A stretch of DNA of 64,000 bases. It comes from Candidatus Woesearchaeota archaeon. Lineage in GTDB: Archaea; Nanobdellota; Nanobdellia; Pacearchaeales; GW2011-AR1. A program made the translations under genes and the position numbers. A model generated the notes under the pieces. That model did not search any database and was not told the DNA's origin. It saw only the letters and a program-made list of their open reading frames with translations. Location: the NCBI GenBank assembly GCA_964594115.1, contig CAZQLD010000002.1, forward strand, positions 10,450 to 74,449, in the 5' to 3' direction. Shown here piece by piece: positions 37,707 to 46,968 of this stretch; the first letter of the stretch is position 1; every line of letters begins with the position of its first letter.

Positions 37707-38381
37707 TTAAAGCCTTTTTATCTCTTCTATTTCGTTTCTAGATACAGAGCAGCCTTTGTATTTTACTGCATATAGAAGGGCATCTAGGACAAGGCCATTT
37801 TTTAGTTCTACAAGTTTATTTTTATAAGCAATATAAACCAATTCAGTTGAACGAATAACCTTAAATTTTTCAAATTCCCAAAAATTTTCTTTTTTAACTT
37901 TAACTTTGGTATGGAGCTTGGTTTCTAAAAGTTTTTGGAGATTTTCTGGATTTTCACATAACATCCTTGTTGTTCTCTCGTCTATAGCAAGAATATTTTT
38001 TATTCCTTTTCTGGTGAGAATCTCAGATAAAGCAAGACAAGAGGATTCTCCTCTGTCAATTAAATGGAGATAGCTGTTTTTTGCAATAAAAGTGCGATTT
38101 GATGTTCTTAGTAGTTCTCTGCTTCTTTCTTCTATTTGTGAATTTTTGATTCCAACAGAATCAGGCAGTTCTATGATTTTTTTATTTAAAAGAGACTGAA
38201 TCCTTAATGCTCCTAATTCAAATTTCTTTATATTTAAAGGGCGTTTTATTGTTTCATATCTTACATCTTCTGTGATTAAGAATTTTCCATTGAAAATTGT
38301 CTTTAATTTTGCAAGTACATCAAGTAAGCCATTCATTGAAAAGTTAATTAAGGTGGAGGCATCGAAGATTAAGGCTTTCAT
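37707..38381 (-). CDS. hypothetical protein, possible PIN-like nuclease fold
   Basis: N-terminus 'MKALIFDASTLINFSMNGLLDVL' resembles a PIN first strand with Asp. Start overlaps the upstream gene's stop (ATGA). Confidence 0.3.
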   Translation of the reverse strand: MKALIFDASTLINFSMNGLLDVLAKLKTIFNGKFLITEDVRYETIKRPLNIKKFELGALRIQSLLNKKIIELPDSVGIKNSQIEERSRELLRTSNRTFIAKNSYLHLIDRGESSCLALSEILTRKGIKNILAIDERTTRMLCENPENLQKLLETKLHTKVKVKKENFWEFEKFKVIRSTELVYIAYKNKLVELKNGLVLDALLYAVKYKGCSVSRNEIEEIKRL

Positions 38382-38950
38382 GTTTTAAACATATCCTCTG
38401 CTTGTTTTATTCTTTGTTTTATAGGCAGGGTTACAGTCAGATTTACATCTGATATTCCTGTCTGCCCAGCATATTCTGCAAGCTCCCAGATTGTAATCCC
38501 TAGGAGTTTGGCTGTTTGCTCTATAGAGATTCCGTGTTCGTAAATTCTGCTTGCTTTATTGATTTCTGCTTTTCTGAAAACATCCTGGATATATTTTTTA
38601 AATTTGCCAGAAAGCTTTCCTATTTCACTCCTTATTTCATTAATATTGTTTCTAAAACCTTTAATATCGCTCTTTTCTAGGTTTTCAACTGCCTTGTTTA
38701 TGTTTTCAACATATTTCTTGTGAAAATTTGGCCATTCTTTATAGTAAGTATATTTTTTTCTTTCTATTATCTTGCTTAAAGCATAGATCATCACTGCTAG
38801 AGCTATTCCATCAGGGTCTTGTTTAATAGAAGCTGCATGAATTGTTTTATTGCTTAAATTTTTTAGCTTTATGGTATCTTCTTTTCTAACAGCTGCTTTT
38901 GTTTCCTTTAGAACAGATAAGATGTGCTCTTTTTCCTCTAGTTTTTCCAT
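38378..38950 (-). CDS. HTH-containing regulator-like protein
   Basis: C-terminal 'ISIEQTAKLLGITIWELAEYAGQTG' helix-turn-helix. Translationally coupled to the downstream ORF. Confidence 0.35.
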   Translation of the reverse strand: MEKLEEKEHILSVLKETKAAVRKEDTIKLKNLSNKTIHAASIKQDPDGIALAVMIYALSKIIERKKYTYYKEWPNFHKKYVENINKAVENLEKSDIKGFRNNINEIRSEIGKLSGKFKKYIQDVFRKAEINKASRIYEHGISIEQTAKLLGITIWELAEYAGQTGISDVNLTVTLPIKQRIKQAEDMFKT

Positions 38951-38969
38951 AAAAGAAAAAAATAAGAGA

Positions 38970-39455
38970 TTATTTAAATCTATCTCGGGATTTTATTTCT
39001 TCAAGGCTTTGTTTTTTAAGTTTTATTTTTTGGTAATGAGAAGCTAGTATTAAGATCAACAAGTAACCTATTACTGCAACTATTGTTGCTAAAATCACAC
39101 TGCCTAGTAAAAAACTTTTTGAGCTGGTGAAAAGTTTTTCTAAAATACTTATTCCATGGCTTTGTGCAGATGAATCTGAAAGAATTGTATTTCCTATTAT
39201 ATAGCTTACAGGATAAACAGAAGCAAGGATTAAGGGATTCCATACAACAAAAGCTAGCATCATAGAAATTTTACTTATTTTTTTAAAAAAAAGTAACACT
39301 AAAATTCCAATAAATACTCCAAGTCCGAATGTTGGAAGCAAGGCAACAAAAGTTCCTATTGCAAATCCTCCTGCAATTGAGTGAGGAGATTTTTTTAAGC
39401 TTGTAACATCTTTGAAGTGCTCTTTTACCCTTTCAACAAACCCCTTTTTTCCCAT
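38970..39455 (-). CDS. DUF2062-family membrane protein
   Basis: 'SPHSIAGGFAIGTFVALLPTFGLGVFIGILVLLFF' plus 3 further TM helices. Confidence 0.45.
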   Translation of the reverse strand: MGKKGFVERVKEHFKDVTSLKKSPHSIAGGFAIGTFVALLPTFGLGVFIGILVLLFFKKISKISMMLAFVVWNPLILASVYPVSYIIGNTILSDSSAQSHGISILEKLFTSSKSFLLGSVILATIVAVIGYLLILILASHYQKIKLKKQSLEEIKSRDRFK

Positions 39456-39474
39456 AATAGGAAAGGGAAAGATA

Positions 39475-39511
39475 ATTATTTAAATATTATGGGAAAAACA
39501 TGATAATATTT
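39475..39511 (-). promoter_or_regulatory. 37-bp promoter-like element, copy A (contains TTTAAATA ~25 nt upstream of the DUF2062 gene start)
   Basis: 'attatttaaatattatgggaaaaacatgataatattt' is identical to copy B at 42830-42866. Confidence 0.4.
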
Positions 39512-39819
39512 ACTATTTTTCATCATCATCAAAAAACTCATAAAATGAAAGTATAGCTAATGTTAATAGGATAAACCAATTAATAGGTTAAGTTTAAAGC
39601 CTAATGAGCACAAAGTAATGGAATATTGGAAAGTTTCTTATAATGGTTTAATTAGAACAGAACATTCTAGAGGAGAAATACAAAGATACCGAGAGGTTAT
39701 AGGGGGTATTGGTTCTACTAGACAAGATGAACCAAAAAAGATTGTAACCTCTTTTTAGACTAATTAAAAATAGGGGTTTATTAAAAAAATTCATAATAGA
39801 CTCCTAGGGTTTATAATCA

Positions 39820-42093
39820 TCATTCAAGAAGAGCATAACATTTCTCTTTCATTTGAGAACCAGTGATTTTTTCACAGAATTTAGTGCTTCCTGATTCAAG
39901 CGCAGAATTTCTGTAACATTCATCTCTTATTTCAGAATCCACCAGATTTCCACACTTTTCTTCAGCTGTTATGCAATAAGTATATCTCCAGCATCCTTTT
40001 TCGTAATCTTTCTCCATTTGTGCATCTCCTCCACTTCTTTCACATCCATCTGCCTTTTTTTCACCTTCAGAAGTGCAGAACACTAATTCGGTCTGGGTTG
40101 ATACTGTTTCAGATACTGCTTCAACTTCTACATATGGAATGTCTGTTTGTGTTAAGTCAAAATCACTAGGATATTTCTTGATATAAACATCAACTATCTC
40201 TTCCACAAATCTGCCTGTATCTGAATCTCCACCTGAAGCGATTAGATATGCCTTGCTTGTCCATGCTAATATTCCTCCATGATTGATATCAATAAATGTT
40301 TTTTCTCCTTTATACTCTTCTATACTATATGCGCCAGCCTCTCCTCTTGCTAATATCCATTTAATAGAATTTTTTGCATCTTCTTTATTTTCAAATGAAC
40401 AAACCATAGTAGCGCCTGTTGAATAATGAGCTACACAGCATTTTATTGTTTCTATATTCTCTCCATTTTCTGAATATACAGGAACCTGCTCATTCTTGTT
40501 TTCACCATATCCAGATTCTTCATATTCATTATCTCCAATATCTCTCTCAACAAGTAGTTTAGAGCATCCTTTTTCTACTGATGGTTTAGGTTCTATTCCT
40601 ATAATCTTCTTTAGAAATTCAATCACTTTTTCTATAAATCCTTCAGTCATGCACTCTCCATTAATACAAACATTGCTTTTACATTCAAAGTTATTGTCAC
40701 ACTCCCCTTTTTCTTTTTGGAGTATGAACTTATTGTCAATGCAGCAATACTCTCCCTCTTTTCTGTAACCAATAGGATAACATTTTTCTTCTACTTCACA
40801 ACCAGTGCAACTGTAAAAAACCTTGTTGATTGGGACTTCTACTGGTTCTATTTCCTCTATTGGTATACAATTCCCCATTGCACATTTAACTAAATCTGTT
40901 TCTTTTCTTCTGACTTCAACCAATGCAGTTGTTTCAACATAAGGGCAGTTGTCATGAGCTTCAATATATATTTTATGTTTTGTCTTACCATATGTCATTT
41001 TGCCTTCTTCTATTGTTCCCTCAAAAACAAAATAACCTCTCTCATCTGTTTTGTCTAACGAAACAGTATGCCACATTCCTTCAGGTTCATAAGTATAGGT
41101 TTGAGAATAAAAATGATGATAAGGTATGGGATTTCCATTTGAATCAAGAACCTCAATTATGACTTTGAAATCATCTCCTAAATAATAAACATCCTGATTG
41201 AATATTAGTTTTATTTCTGCTGCGCATTTTGTTTCTTCTCTAGGTTCTGTTTCAGGAGGCTCTTCTTGTGCTAAAACATAACATTTTTGTTGTCTTGAAA
41301 CATCAGTTATCTTCTCACAAAGGCTAGGATCTCTTGTCCTTTCTGCAATTCTGATATAACAGTCCTCTTTTTGATAAATATTATCTAGCTCTTCACATAC
41401 AGAATAAACAGGTGTTTCTTTTAACTGATTTCTGCATTCCTCCTCTGAAGTATGATAATTGTACCTTGAAGAATCATACTCACAACCAGAATCAGAGACA
41501 CATAAATTATCTTTTATTCTCCATCCTATTATTGTTGGACATTCTTCTGATATGCATACCCCGTCTTTACAACCACTAGGACAGACATATGTTTCACCCA
41601 TACTTTGGGTACCTTCACAATAACACTCATTTAGTGTGTTTTCATCTACGCAATAATCACAGACAACAGGGTAATTGCATCCTCCCTCAGAATCACATGC
41701 TGACCAGCTTCCTCTTTTGTAATAATTTTTTCCTCCGTCACTATCATAACACTCTAAAACATGAGTCTCTGGAGGAATTTCTAATAAACTTTCACATTCA
41801 TCTTTGCCATAATATTTATATTTTGAATCATCATAATCACAACCAGAATCTTCAATACATCTATTATCCTCTATTCTCCAACCTGATATTGCTCTACAGG
41901 GTTCAGTCTCTGGCTCAGTTTCTGTTTCTTCTATCTCCTCTTCTTCACCTGTCTCATTATCAGTAATTTTTCCTGTGATTTTTCCTAAAACATTATCAAA
42001 CCAACTAGCACTTACTAAGCTAACAGAACTAAAGATGCTAATCAATAATATAGATATCGCTAATAATCCCAAAATCGCACTACTTTTTTTCAT
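39820..42093 (-). CDS. secreted acidic Cys-rich protein (757 aa) with internal duplicated modules
   Basis: Signal peptide present. Duplicated modules 'CRAISGWRIEDNRCIEDSGCDYDDSKYKYY' / 'CPTIIGWRIKDNLCVSDSGCEYDSSRYNYH' and 'DPSLCEKITDVSRQQKCYVL' / 'RDECYRNSALESGSTKFCEKITGSQMKEKCYAL'. Confidence 0.5.
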   Translation of the reverse strand: MKKSSAILGLLAISILLISIFSSVSLVSASWFDNVLGKITGKITDNETGEEEEIEETETEPETEPCRAISGWRIEDNRCIEDSGCDYDDSKYKYYGKDECESLLEIPPETHVLECYDSDGGKNYYKRGSWSACDSEGGCNYPVVCDYCVDENTLNECYCEGTQSMGETYVCPSGCKDGVCISEECPTIIGWRIKDNLCVSDSGCEYDSSRYNYHTSEEECRNQLKETPVYSVCEELDNIYQKEDCYIRIAERTRDPSLCEKITDVSRQQKCYVLAQEEPPETEPREETKCAAEIKLIFNQDVYYLGDDFKVIIEVLDSNGNPIPYHHFYSQTYTYEPEGMWHTVSLDKTDERGYFVFEGTIEEGKMTYGKTKHKIYIEAHDNCPYVETTALVEVRRKETDLVKCAMGNCIPIEEIEPVEVPINKVFYSCTGCEVEEKCYPIGYRKEGEYCCIDNKFILQKEKGECDNNFECKSNVCINGECMTEGFIEKVIEFLKKIIGIEPKPSVEKGCSKLLVERDIGDNEYEESGYGENKNEQVPVYSENGENIETIKCCVAHYSTGATMVCSFENKEDAKNSIKWILARGEAGAYSIEEYKGEKTFIDINHGGILAWTSKAYLIASGGDSDTGRFVEEIVDVYIKKYPSDFDLTQTDIPYVEVEAVSETVSTQTELVFCTSEGEKKADGCERSGGDAQMEKDYEKGCWRYTYCITAEEKCGNLVDSEIRDECYRNSALESGSTKFCEKITGSQMKEKCYALLE

Positions 42094-42167
42094 ATATTTT
42101 TAAGGAAAAGATATTATAAAAATCTATTTGTTTTGATAAAAGCGAATAATTATCACACTTTTATGAT

Positions 42168-42199
42168 AGTTATTTAAATATTTTGGGAAAACTCACTGC
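42168..42199 (-). promoter_or_regulatory. partial third copy of the same element, upstream of the 757-aa Cys-rich protein gene
   Basis: 'ttatttaaatattttgggaaaact' (22/23 matches to the core). Confidence 0.3.
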
Positions 42200-42810
42200 A
42201 ATTTTTTTAAAATATCCTCTGTGATTTTTTCTATTGTCTGTTCACCGTTTATTATAATTGCTCTATTTTTGAATTTTTTTAATATAGGTTTTGTATCTTT
42301 ATGATAAATTTTCAGCCTTTTATTTATGGCAGTTTTATCTATATCATCTTTTCTTTGGTAAAGAGGGATTTTGCAAATATCACAAATATGGTTGTTTTTG
42401 GGTTTTGGTTGTGTAATAAGATTATAAGCAATTCCGCATTTCTTGCAGTTCCATCTTCCTAGCAATCTTTTTATTGCTTCTTTATCTGAAATATGGATTT
42501 CAAAAATCTTATCAATGCCTGTTATTTTCTCTAAGTCTTCTGTTTGGCTTAAATTACGCGGATAGCCATCAAGAATTATCCCGTTTTTGCAATCTGGTTG
42601 TTTTATTCTTTTTTTCAGCAACTTTAAAATAAATTTGTCTGGAATCAATTTGCCTTTATTAATGTAAGAATCAATTTTTTCTTTTAATTTTCCGGTTGCA
42701 GATCTTAATAAATCTCCAGTAGATATATGGACAATATTAAGTTTTTTAGAAATTATCTTAGCCTGGGTTCCTTTTCCACTGCCCTGAGGGCCGATAAATA
42801 AGATTATCAT
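42193..42810 (-). CDS. adk: adenylate kinase, long form with Zn-ribbon lid
   Basis: 'ILFIGPQGSGKGTQAKIISKKLNIVHISTGDLLR' P-loop. The lid carries 'CKKCGIAYN...CDIC' (Cys4). Confidence 0.85.
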   Translation of the reverse strand: MIILFIGPQGSGKGTQAKIISKKLNIVHISTGDLLRSATGKLKEKIDSYINKGKLIPDKFILKLLKKRIKQPDCKNGIILDGYPRNLSQTEDLEKITGIDKIFEIHISDKEAIKRLLGRWNCKKCGIAYNLITQPKPKNNHICDICKIPLYQRKDDIDKTAINKRLKIYHKDTKPILKKFKNRAIIINGEQTIEKITEDILKKLQ

Positions 42811-42829
42811 ATAAGAAGAGAAAAAGAAG

Positions 42830-42866
42830 ATTATTTAAATATTATGGGAAAAACATGATAATATTT
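42830..42866 (-). promoter_or_regulatory. 37-bp promoter-like element, copy B (upstream of adk)
   Basis: Identical 37-mer. TATA-like 'tttaaata' lies ~25 nt upstream of the adk ATG (42810). Confidence 0.4.
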
Positions 42867-42905
42867 TTGGGAAAATGTGATATTAAACGCCCACGCCGAT
42901 AACCT

Positions 42906-42916
42906 AACCTTAGGTT
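42906..42916. repeat. 11-bp direct repeat 'aaccttaggtt', left copy, flanking the NTase gene 42921..43685
   Basis: Exact 11-mer recurs at 43754-43764. Extended similarity: aaccttaggtt[c/a]agg. Confidence 0.6.
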
Positions 42917-42920
42917 CAGG

Positions 42921-43685
42921 TTAGGTATGAAATTGATGATTTCTAGCAAGATGCCAGTAATAATCTTCTTTTTCCATTAAAGAATCCAAAAAAGACAAAG
43001 ACATCCTATTTCTTCTTAGTAAAAGATTTTCAATGAAAGGGTCATCATCTGGCCCCCCATATTCATTTCTGCATCTTTCTGCAATAATGCTCCAAAAAGT
43101 GTGAATGTGTTTGTTAACATATTCTTTATCTCCTTCAAATACTTGGGGATTACTTAGTAGATTTTCTACAGGAACACCTGCATAATAGTATAAATCATGT
43201 TTAATTTGATGCACAGGATATTTTGTAAGGTACCCTCCATTTGTTTTTGTAGATTTTCTGGTAAATATAACTCTCTGTCCATGAAGCCCACATAATTGGA
43301 TTTTCTTTCCTGAAAGATTTTCTTTACTAAATCTTACCCCAAATTCAAAATTAATATCATTGCATACTCTCTCAAAGAAAGGAGAAGTCCAAAAAATTAA
43401 ATTTACTGGAAATTCATAACCAGAAAGATTTGTTTTGTATAAATCCGCATTTCCTGAAGATAAATGTCTTGCAGCAGTCTTTTCTATAAATAGATTCCTT
43501 AAAGCATCTTGATTTTCAATAATACAAATTAATTCTAAATCAGATTTTGGAGTAACACTATAATCTGGAGCATAAGCAACAGATCCTGCAAGTAAAACAG
43601 CTTTTGAGGGAATAATAACCTTTGCTAATTTTTCAGCTGTTTTTAATCTTTTATATGTTTCCTGAAGAATTACTTTACGTTTCAT
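42921..43685 (-). CDS. Pol-beta superfamily nucleotidyltransferase-domain protein
   Basis: 'LLAGSVAYAPDYSVTPKSDLELICI' (G[SG]-x-D-x-D-like). Confidence 0.4.
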   Translation of the reverse strand: MKRKVILQETYKRLKTAEKLAKVIIPSKAVLLAGSVAYAPDYSVTPKSDLELICIIENQDALRNLFIEKTAARHLSSGNADLYKTNLSGYEFPVNLIFWTSPFFERVCNDINFEFGVRFSKENLSGKKIQLCGLHGQRVIFTRKSTKTNGGYLTKYPVHQIKHDLYYYAGVPVENLLSNPQVFEGDKEYVNKHIHTFWSIIAERCRNEYGGPDDDPFIENLLLRRNRMSLSFLDSLMEKEDYYWHLARNHQFHT

Positions 43686-43753
43686 ATAAATTTACATTAA
43701 ATAGTTTTTTTAATTATTTCTATAATATAAAAATATGCTCTGTTAGAGAGTTG

Positions 43754-43764
43754 AACCTTAGGTT
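43754..43764. repeat. 11-bp direct repeat 'aaccttaggtt', right copy
   Basis: See left copy. Confidence 0.6.
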
Positions 43765-43842
43765 AAGGATTGTGTTAATAATTCTTAAATATTTTCATGA
43801 TTTAAACATAAATATTTAAATATTGCTTTCTGTTTTTAAATC

Positions 43843-44229
43843 ATGAAAATTATATTAGACACAAACTTTCTGATTTACTGTGCGAAAAATAAATTAGATT
43901 ATGTTGAAGGGATTAGTAATTTGTTAAATGAAAATTACGAGTTAGTTGTTCCTATACAGGTTGTTGAAGAGTTAAAAAAAATAAAGGATGATAAGTTGAA
44001 AAAAGTTTCTGGAAAAGATAAACAAGCATCTAATTTAGCTTTACAGCTTCTTGATGCGAATAAAATTAAAAAAATTAAGGTTAAAGGAAAAACAGTTGAT
44101 GTGGGGATTATTAATCTGGCTTCTGAAAACAAGAAAAATATTGTAGCTACCTTAGATAAAGAAATGAGGCAGATTTTAGGGAGAGTTATTCTAATTAATC
44201 GAAGAAAAAGGTTAAGTTTGAGTAAATGA
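43843..44229 (+). CDS. PIN-domain protein
   Basis: 'MKIILDTNFLIY' first strand/Asp. 'VVPIQVVEELKKI' has the conserved Glu. Confidence 0.5.
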   Translation: MKIILDTNFLIYCAKNKLDYVEGISNLLNENYELVVPIQVVEELKKIKDDKLKKVSGKDKQASNLALQLLDANKIKKIKVKGKTVDVGIINLASENKKNIVATLDKEMRQILGRVILINRRKRLSLSK

Positions 44230-44619
44230 GCAATTGTCTACATTTTTTCTGAAAATTCTCGGAGCTATTTTATAGACATAGATATCTCCTTTAGTTGTGA
44301 TAAGTTCACACATAAAATTTCCAAATGGTTCATAAGAAAAAAAATCCTGATCTGAAACTTCGGCAAATGCTCTTAGTTTTTGTATTACATAGGGCACAAT
44401 AAGCCTCTTAATGGGGATGTCTACTTTAAGTTCTAAACCTCTATTTGAACTCTCTTTAATTTCTAAACCTTTTCTTAGCCCTCCTATTTCCTCATTAAAT
44501 ATAGGAGAAAATCCCTCGTTTGAGTAAGTTAGTGCTTTCACAACTTTAAATATCCTTGATTCTGTTTCATATATAAAAAAAGGGGCTCCATGTAGTGTAA
44601 TTGTTTCTTGCTCCACCAT
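44212..44619 (-). CDS. hypothetical protein
   Basis: ORF only. Confidence 0.3.
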   Translation of the reverse strand: MVEQETITLHGAPFFIYETESRIFKVVKALTYSNEGFSPIFNEEIGGLRKGLEIKESSNRGLELKVDIPIKRLIVPYVIQKLRAFAEVSDQDFFSYEPFGNFMCELITTKGDIYVYKIAPRIFRKNVDNCSFTQT

Positions 44620-44746
44620 GATATTTTGTTACATTGTTTGTTTATAAATTTAATTATATCAGTGCATATTTAATAAAAATAGGAATAATAAGCTTTATAA
44701 ATTCATTTTCTGTCCTTTATTTATCTTTTATTTTAGGAGAATCAAA

Positions 44747-45352
44747 ATGTTCTATATTGTAGAAGTTGAGGATTATATAAGAGTAGAACCAAAGTTATTT
44801 GGGTTAGCAACTGGCGTAGCTGTTGAGAAACAGCTCCAAGAAAGCTATGAAGAGTATCATGATAAAGAGATTGGAGAGGTTATTGGGGTTATGGAAGTAT
44901 TGAATGTTGGGGAGGGAATAATAATCCCAGGGGATGGTGCAGCTTATTATAATAGCCAGTTTAAGCTTCTTGTTTGGAAACCTGAAATGCAGGAATTAGT
45001 TTATGGAATTGTTAATGAGATTACTAATTTTGGGGCTTTTATGAATTTGGGAGTTATGCAGGGAATGATTCATATAAGTCAGACAATGGAAGATTATGTT
45101 AGTTTTTCTAAGAGTAATGTTCTCATAGGAAAATCCAGTAAGAAAAGCCTGAAAAGAGGAGATCCTTGTTTAGCTAGAGTTGTCGCAATAAGTTATAAAG
45201 GAGAAGATCCAAAACTTGGATTAACAATGAGGCAGCCAGGATTAGGAAAATTAGACTGGATAAAAGATGAAAAAAGAAAAGCTAAAATGGCTGCTAAAAA
45301 ATCAGCAAAAGCTGAAACTGCTGGAAAAGCTGGTAAGGGAAAGAAAAAATGA
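44747..45352 (+). CDS. rpoE: DNA-directed RNA polymerase subunit E' (Rpb7 homolog, S1 domain)
   Basis: 'MFYIVEVEDYIRVEPKLFG' plus an S1-like 'GDPCLARVVAISYKGEDPKLGLTMRQ'. Confidence 0.8.
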   Translation: MFYIVEVEDYIRVEPKLFGLATGVAVEKQLQESYEEYHDKEIGEVIGVMEVLNVGEGIIIPGDGAAYYNSQFKLLVWKPEMQELVYGIVNEITNFGAFMNLGVMQGMIHISQTMEDYVSFSKSNVLIGKSSKKSLKRGDPCLARVVAISYKGEDPKLGLTMRQPGLGKLDWIKDEKRKAKMAAKKSAKAETAGKAGKGKKK

Positions 45353-45699
45353 TTGAAGAAGTAAAAAAATTAACACAAAAAGCTTCAAATTTTCTTGCAG
45401 GAACAAAAGTTTTAGAATGCCAATTTGGTTTTGGAGTTATTGGCGATTCATTTGAAAAAAGTTTTTTTGCATTGCCTGTGGGCTATATGTGTATTAAAGT
45501 GCAATCTTGGGACAGAATAAGAAGCAAGGTACAGAATGACCATGTTTATGGAACTGGTCAATCAAGGATGTTTAATAGGATTAGGGATTTAGTAAATCTT
45601 AGACATCAAGGAGTTGTGAGTGTTACTGTTAGACCTTATAAAGGTAAGAAATTGCAAAAATATTATGATGCAACTTGGGATGGTCCTAAATGTTGGTAA
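45349..45699 (+). CDS. hypothetical protein between rpoE' and spt4
   Basis: 116 aa ORF; 4-nt overlap with rpoE'. Confidence 0.35.
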   Translation: MIEEVKKLTQKASNFLAGTKVLECQFGFGVIGDSFEKSFFALPVGYMCIKVQSWDRIRSKVQNDHVYGTGQSRMFNRIRDLVNLRHQGVVSVTVRPYKGKKLQKYYDATWDGPKCW

Positions 45700-45705
45700 A
45701 TAAAA

Positions 45706-45894
45706 ATGGCAAAAGAAAAAGCATGCAAAGAGTGCAAGAATATATATGAGGGAGATAAATGCCCTAAATGTGGTTCTACAGAATCTACAGAATCTTGGAA
45801 AGGCAGAGTTATAATTGTTAATCCAGAGCAGTCAGAAATTGCTAAAAAATTAAAGGTAAAGGAAAAAGGAAAATACGCAATTAAAACAAAATAG
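45706..45894 (+). CDS. spt4: transcription elongation factor Spt4 / RNAP subunit E''
   Basis: 'CKECKNIYEGDKCPKCGS...WKGRVIIVNPEQSEIAKKL' is the Zn-ribbon Spt4 consensus. Confidence 0.8.
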   Translation: MAKEKACKECKNIYEGDKCPKCGSTESTESWKGRVIIVNPEQSEIAKKLKVKEKGKYAIKTK

Positions 45895-45913
45895 AGTTTT
45901 TTAAAAGAAACTG

Positions 45914-46270
45914 ATGTTGAAAATGAAACTAATACAAGATAAACAAAATCCTCTTTTGAAGAGAAAGGAAGTTAAGATAATTATAGAAGCAGAAAAAAAC
46001 CCTACAATGCAGGAAGCTTCTAAATCAGTTGCAGAGAAATTTAAAATTGCAGAAGAGGTAGTTGCAGTTAAGCAGATAAAAGGGAAATTTGGGAGAAAAA
46101 CATTTCTTATTTCAGCTCATATCTATGATAATAAAGAAGACAAAGAGAAAATCGAGCCTAAATCAAAAAAGAAGAAGGGAAAAGAGGAAAAGCCAGCAGA
46201 ACAACCTGCTGAAGAAAATAAAGAAGAGCCAAAAGAAGAAGCAAAGCCTGAAGAGAATAAGGAACAATAA
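45914..46270 (+). CDS. rps24e: 30S ribosomal protein S24e with K/E-rich C-terminal extension
   Basis: '[20 protein letters not shown]...[16 protein letters not shown]'. Confidence 0.7.
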   Translation: MLKMKLIQDKQNPLLKRKEVKIIIEAEKNPTMQEASKSVAEKFKIAEEVVAVKQIKGKFGRKTFLISAHIYDNKEDKEKIEPKSKKKKGKEEKPAEQPAEENKEEPKEEAKPEENKEQ

Positions 46271-46272
46271 AA

Positions 46273-46533
46273 ATGCCATATGACGAGAAAAAACCAGCAG
46301 CAGAAAAAAAGAAAGTTGTTCATCAGGGTAAAAAACCCCATAAAAATAAATCATCATCTCAAAAATGGAAATTCTACAAAATTGAGGGAGATAAAGTAGT
46401 TAGGGAGCAGACATGTCCGAGATGCGGGCTAGGAGTTTTTCTGGCTAAATCAAGAGATAGATTATATTGTGGAAGATGTCATTATACTGAATTCTTAGAG
46501 AAAAAGGTGGAAACAGAAGAGAAAAAAGAGTGA
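46273..46533 (+). CDS. rps27ae: 30S ribosomal protein S27ae
   Basis: '[25 protein letters not shown]' C4 zinc ribbon. Confidence 0.75.
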   Translation: MPYDEKKPAAEKKKVVHQGKKPHKNKSSSQKWKFYKIEGDKVVREQTCPRCGLGVFLAKSRDRLYCGRCHYTEFLEKKVETEEKKE

Positions 46534-46539
46534 TTTTTA

Positions 46540-46968
46540 TTAAAATAAATCTACAATAGGCTGTCTGTAGAAGACAAAAGGAACAGAATTTTTTCTTTTT
46601 GCTATTTTAGTTAATTTTTCTGAATCAGGTGCTTCATTCATTTTATATGTGTTATAAAACTTCCCATCTATAAATACTACTGATCCAATACCTGCACTTT
46701 CTTTTCTATTAAAATATCCGTTATCTCCATATAACCATTTTTCTAATGTAACATCAGGAGCAACATCAGGAGCAACTTTAGATTCTAGAACTCTGTTGCT
46801 TAAGCCATCATACATAGCATACGCAAGTTGGATATTGGTAACATTAACTTGAGCCCTGGCTTTAGAATATTTTTCCCAGGTAATGTCATCAGCTCTAGGA
46901 TCATAAACCCTAATATCTTTTAGTTTTATTGTTTGTATATCTGTTGTCACTTTAATTATTCTTCTCAA
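46540..46968 (-). CDS. hypothetical protein
   Basis: ORF only; forms a pair with the upstream ORF. Confidence 0.3.
   Translation of the reverse strand: MRRIIKVTTDIQTIKLKDIRVYDPRADDITWEKYSKARAQVNVTNIQLAYAMYDGLSNRVLESKVAPDVAPDVTLEKWLYGDNGYFNRKESAGIGSVVFIDGKFYNTYKMNEAPDSEKLTKIAKRKNSVPFVFYRQPIVDLF

Noticed and set aside
39560-39760. Short 46-codon ORF (MEYWKVSYNGL...) in the 365-bp gap upstream of the Cys-rich protein gene
   Set aside because: It is below a credible size and has no motif. It is left unannotated.
40496-41966. Plus-strand ORFs 40496..40768, 40923..41162, 41589..41966
   Set aside because: They are antisense to the 757-aa Cys-rich secreted protein gene.
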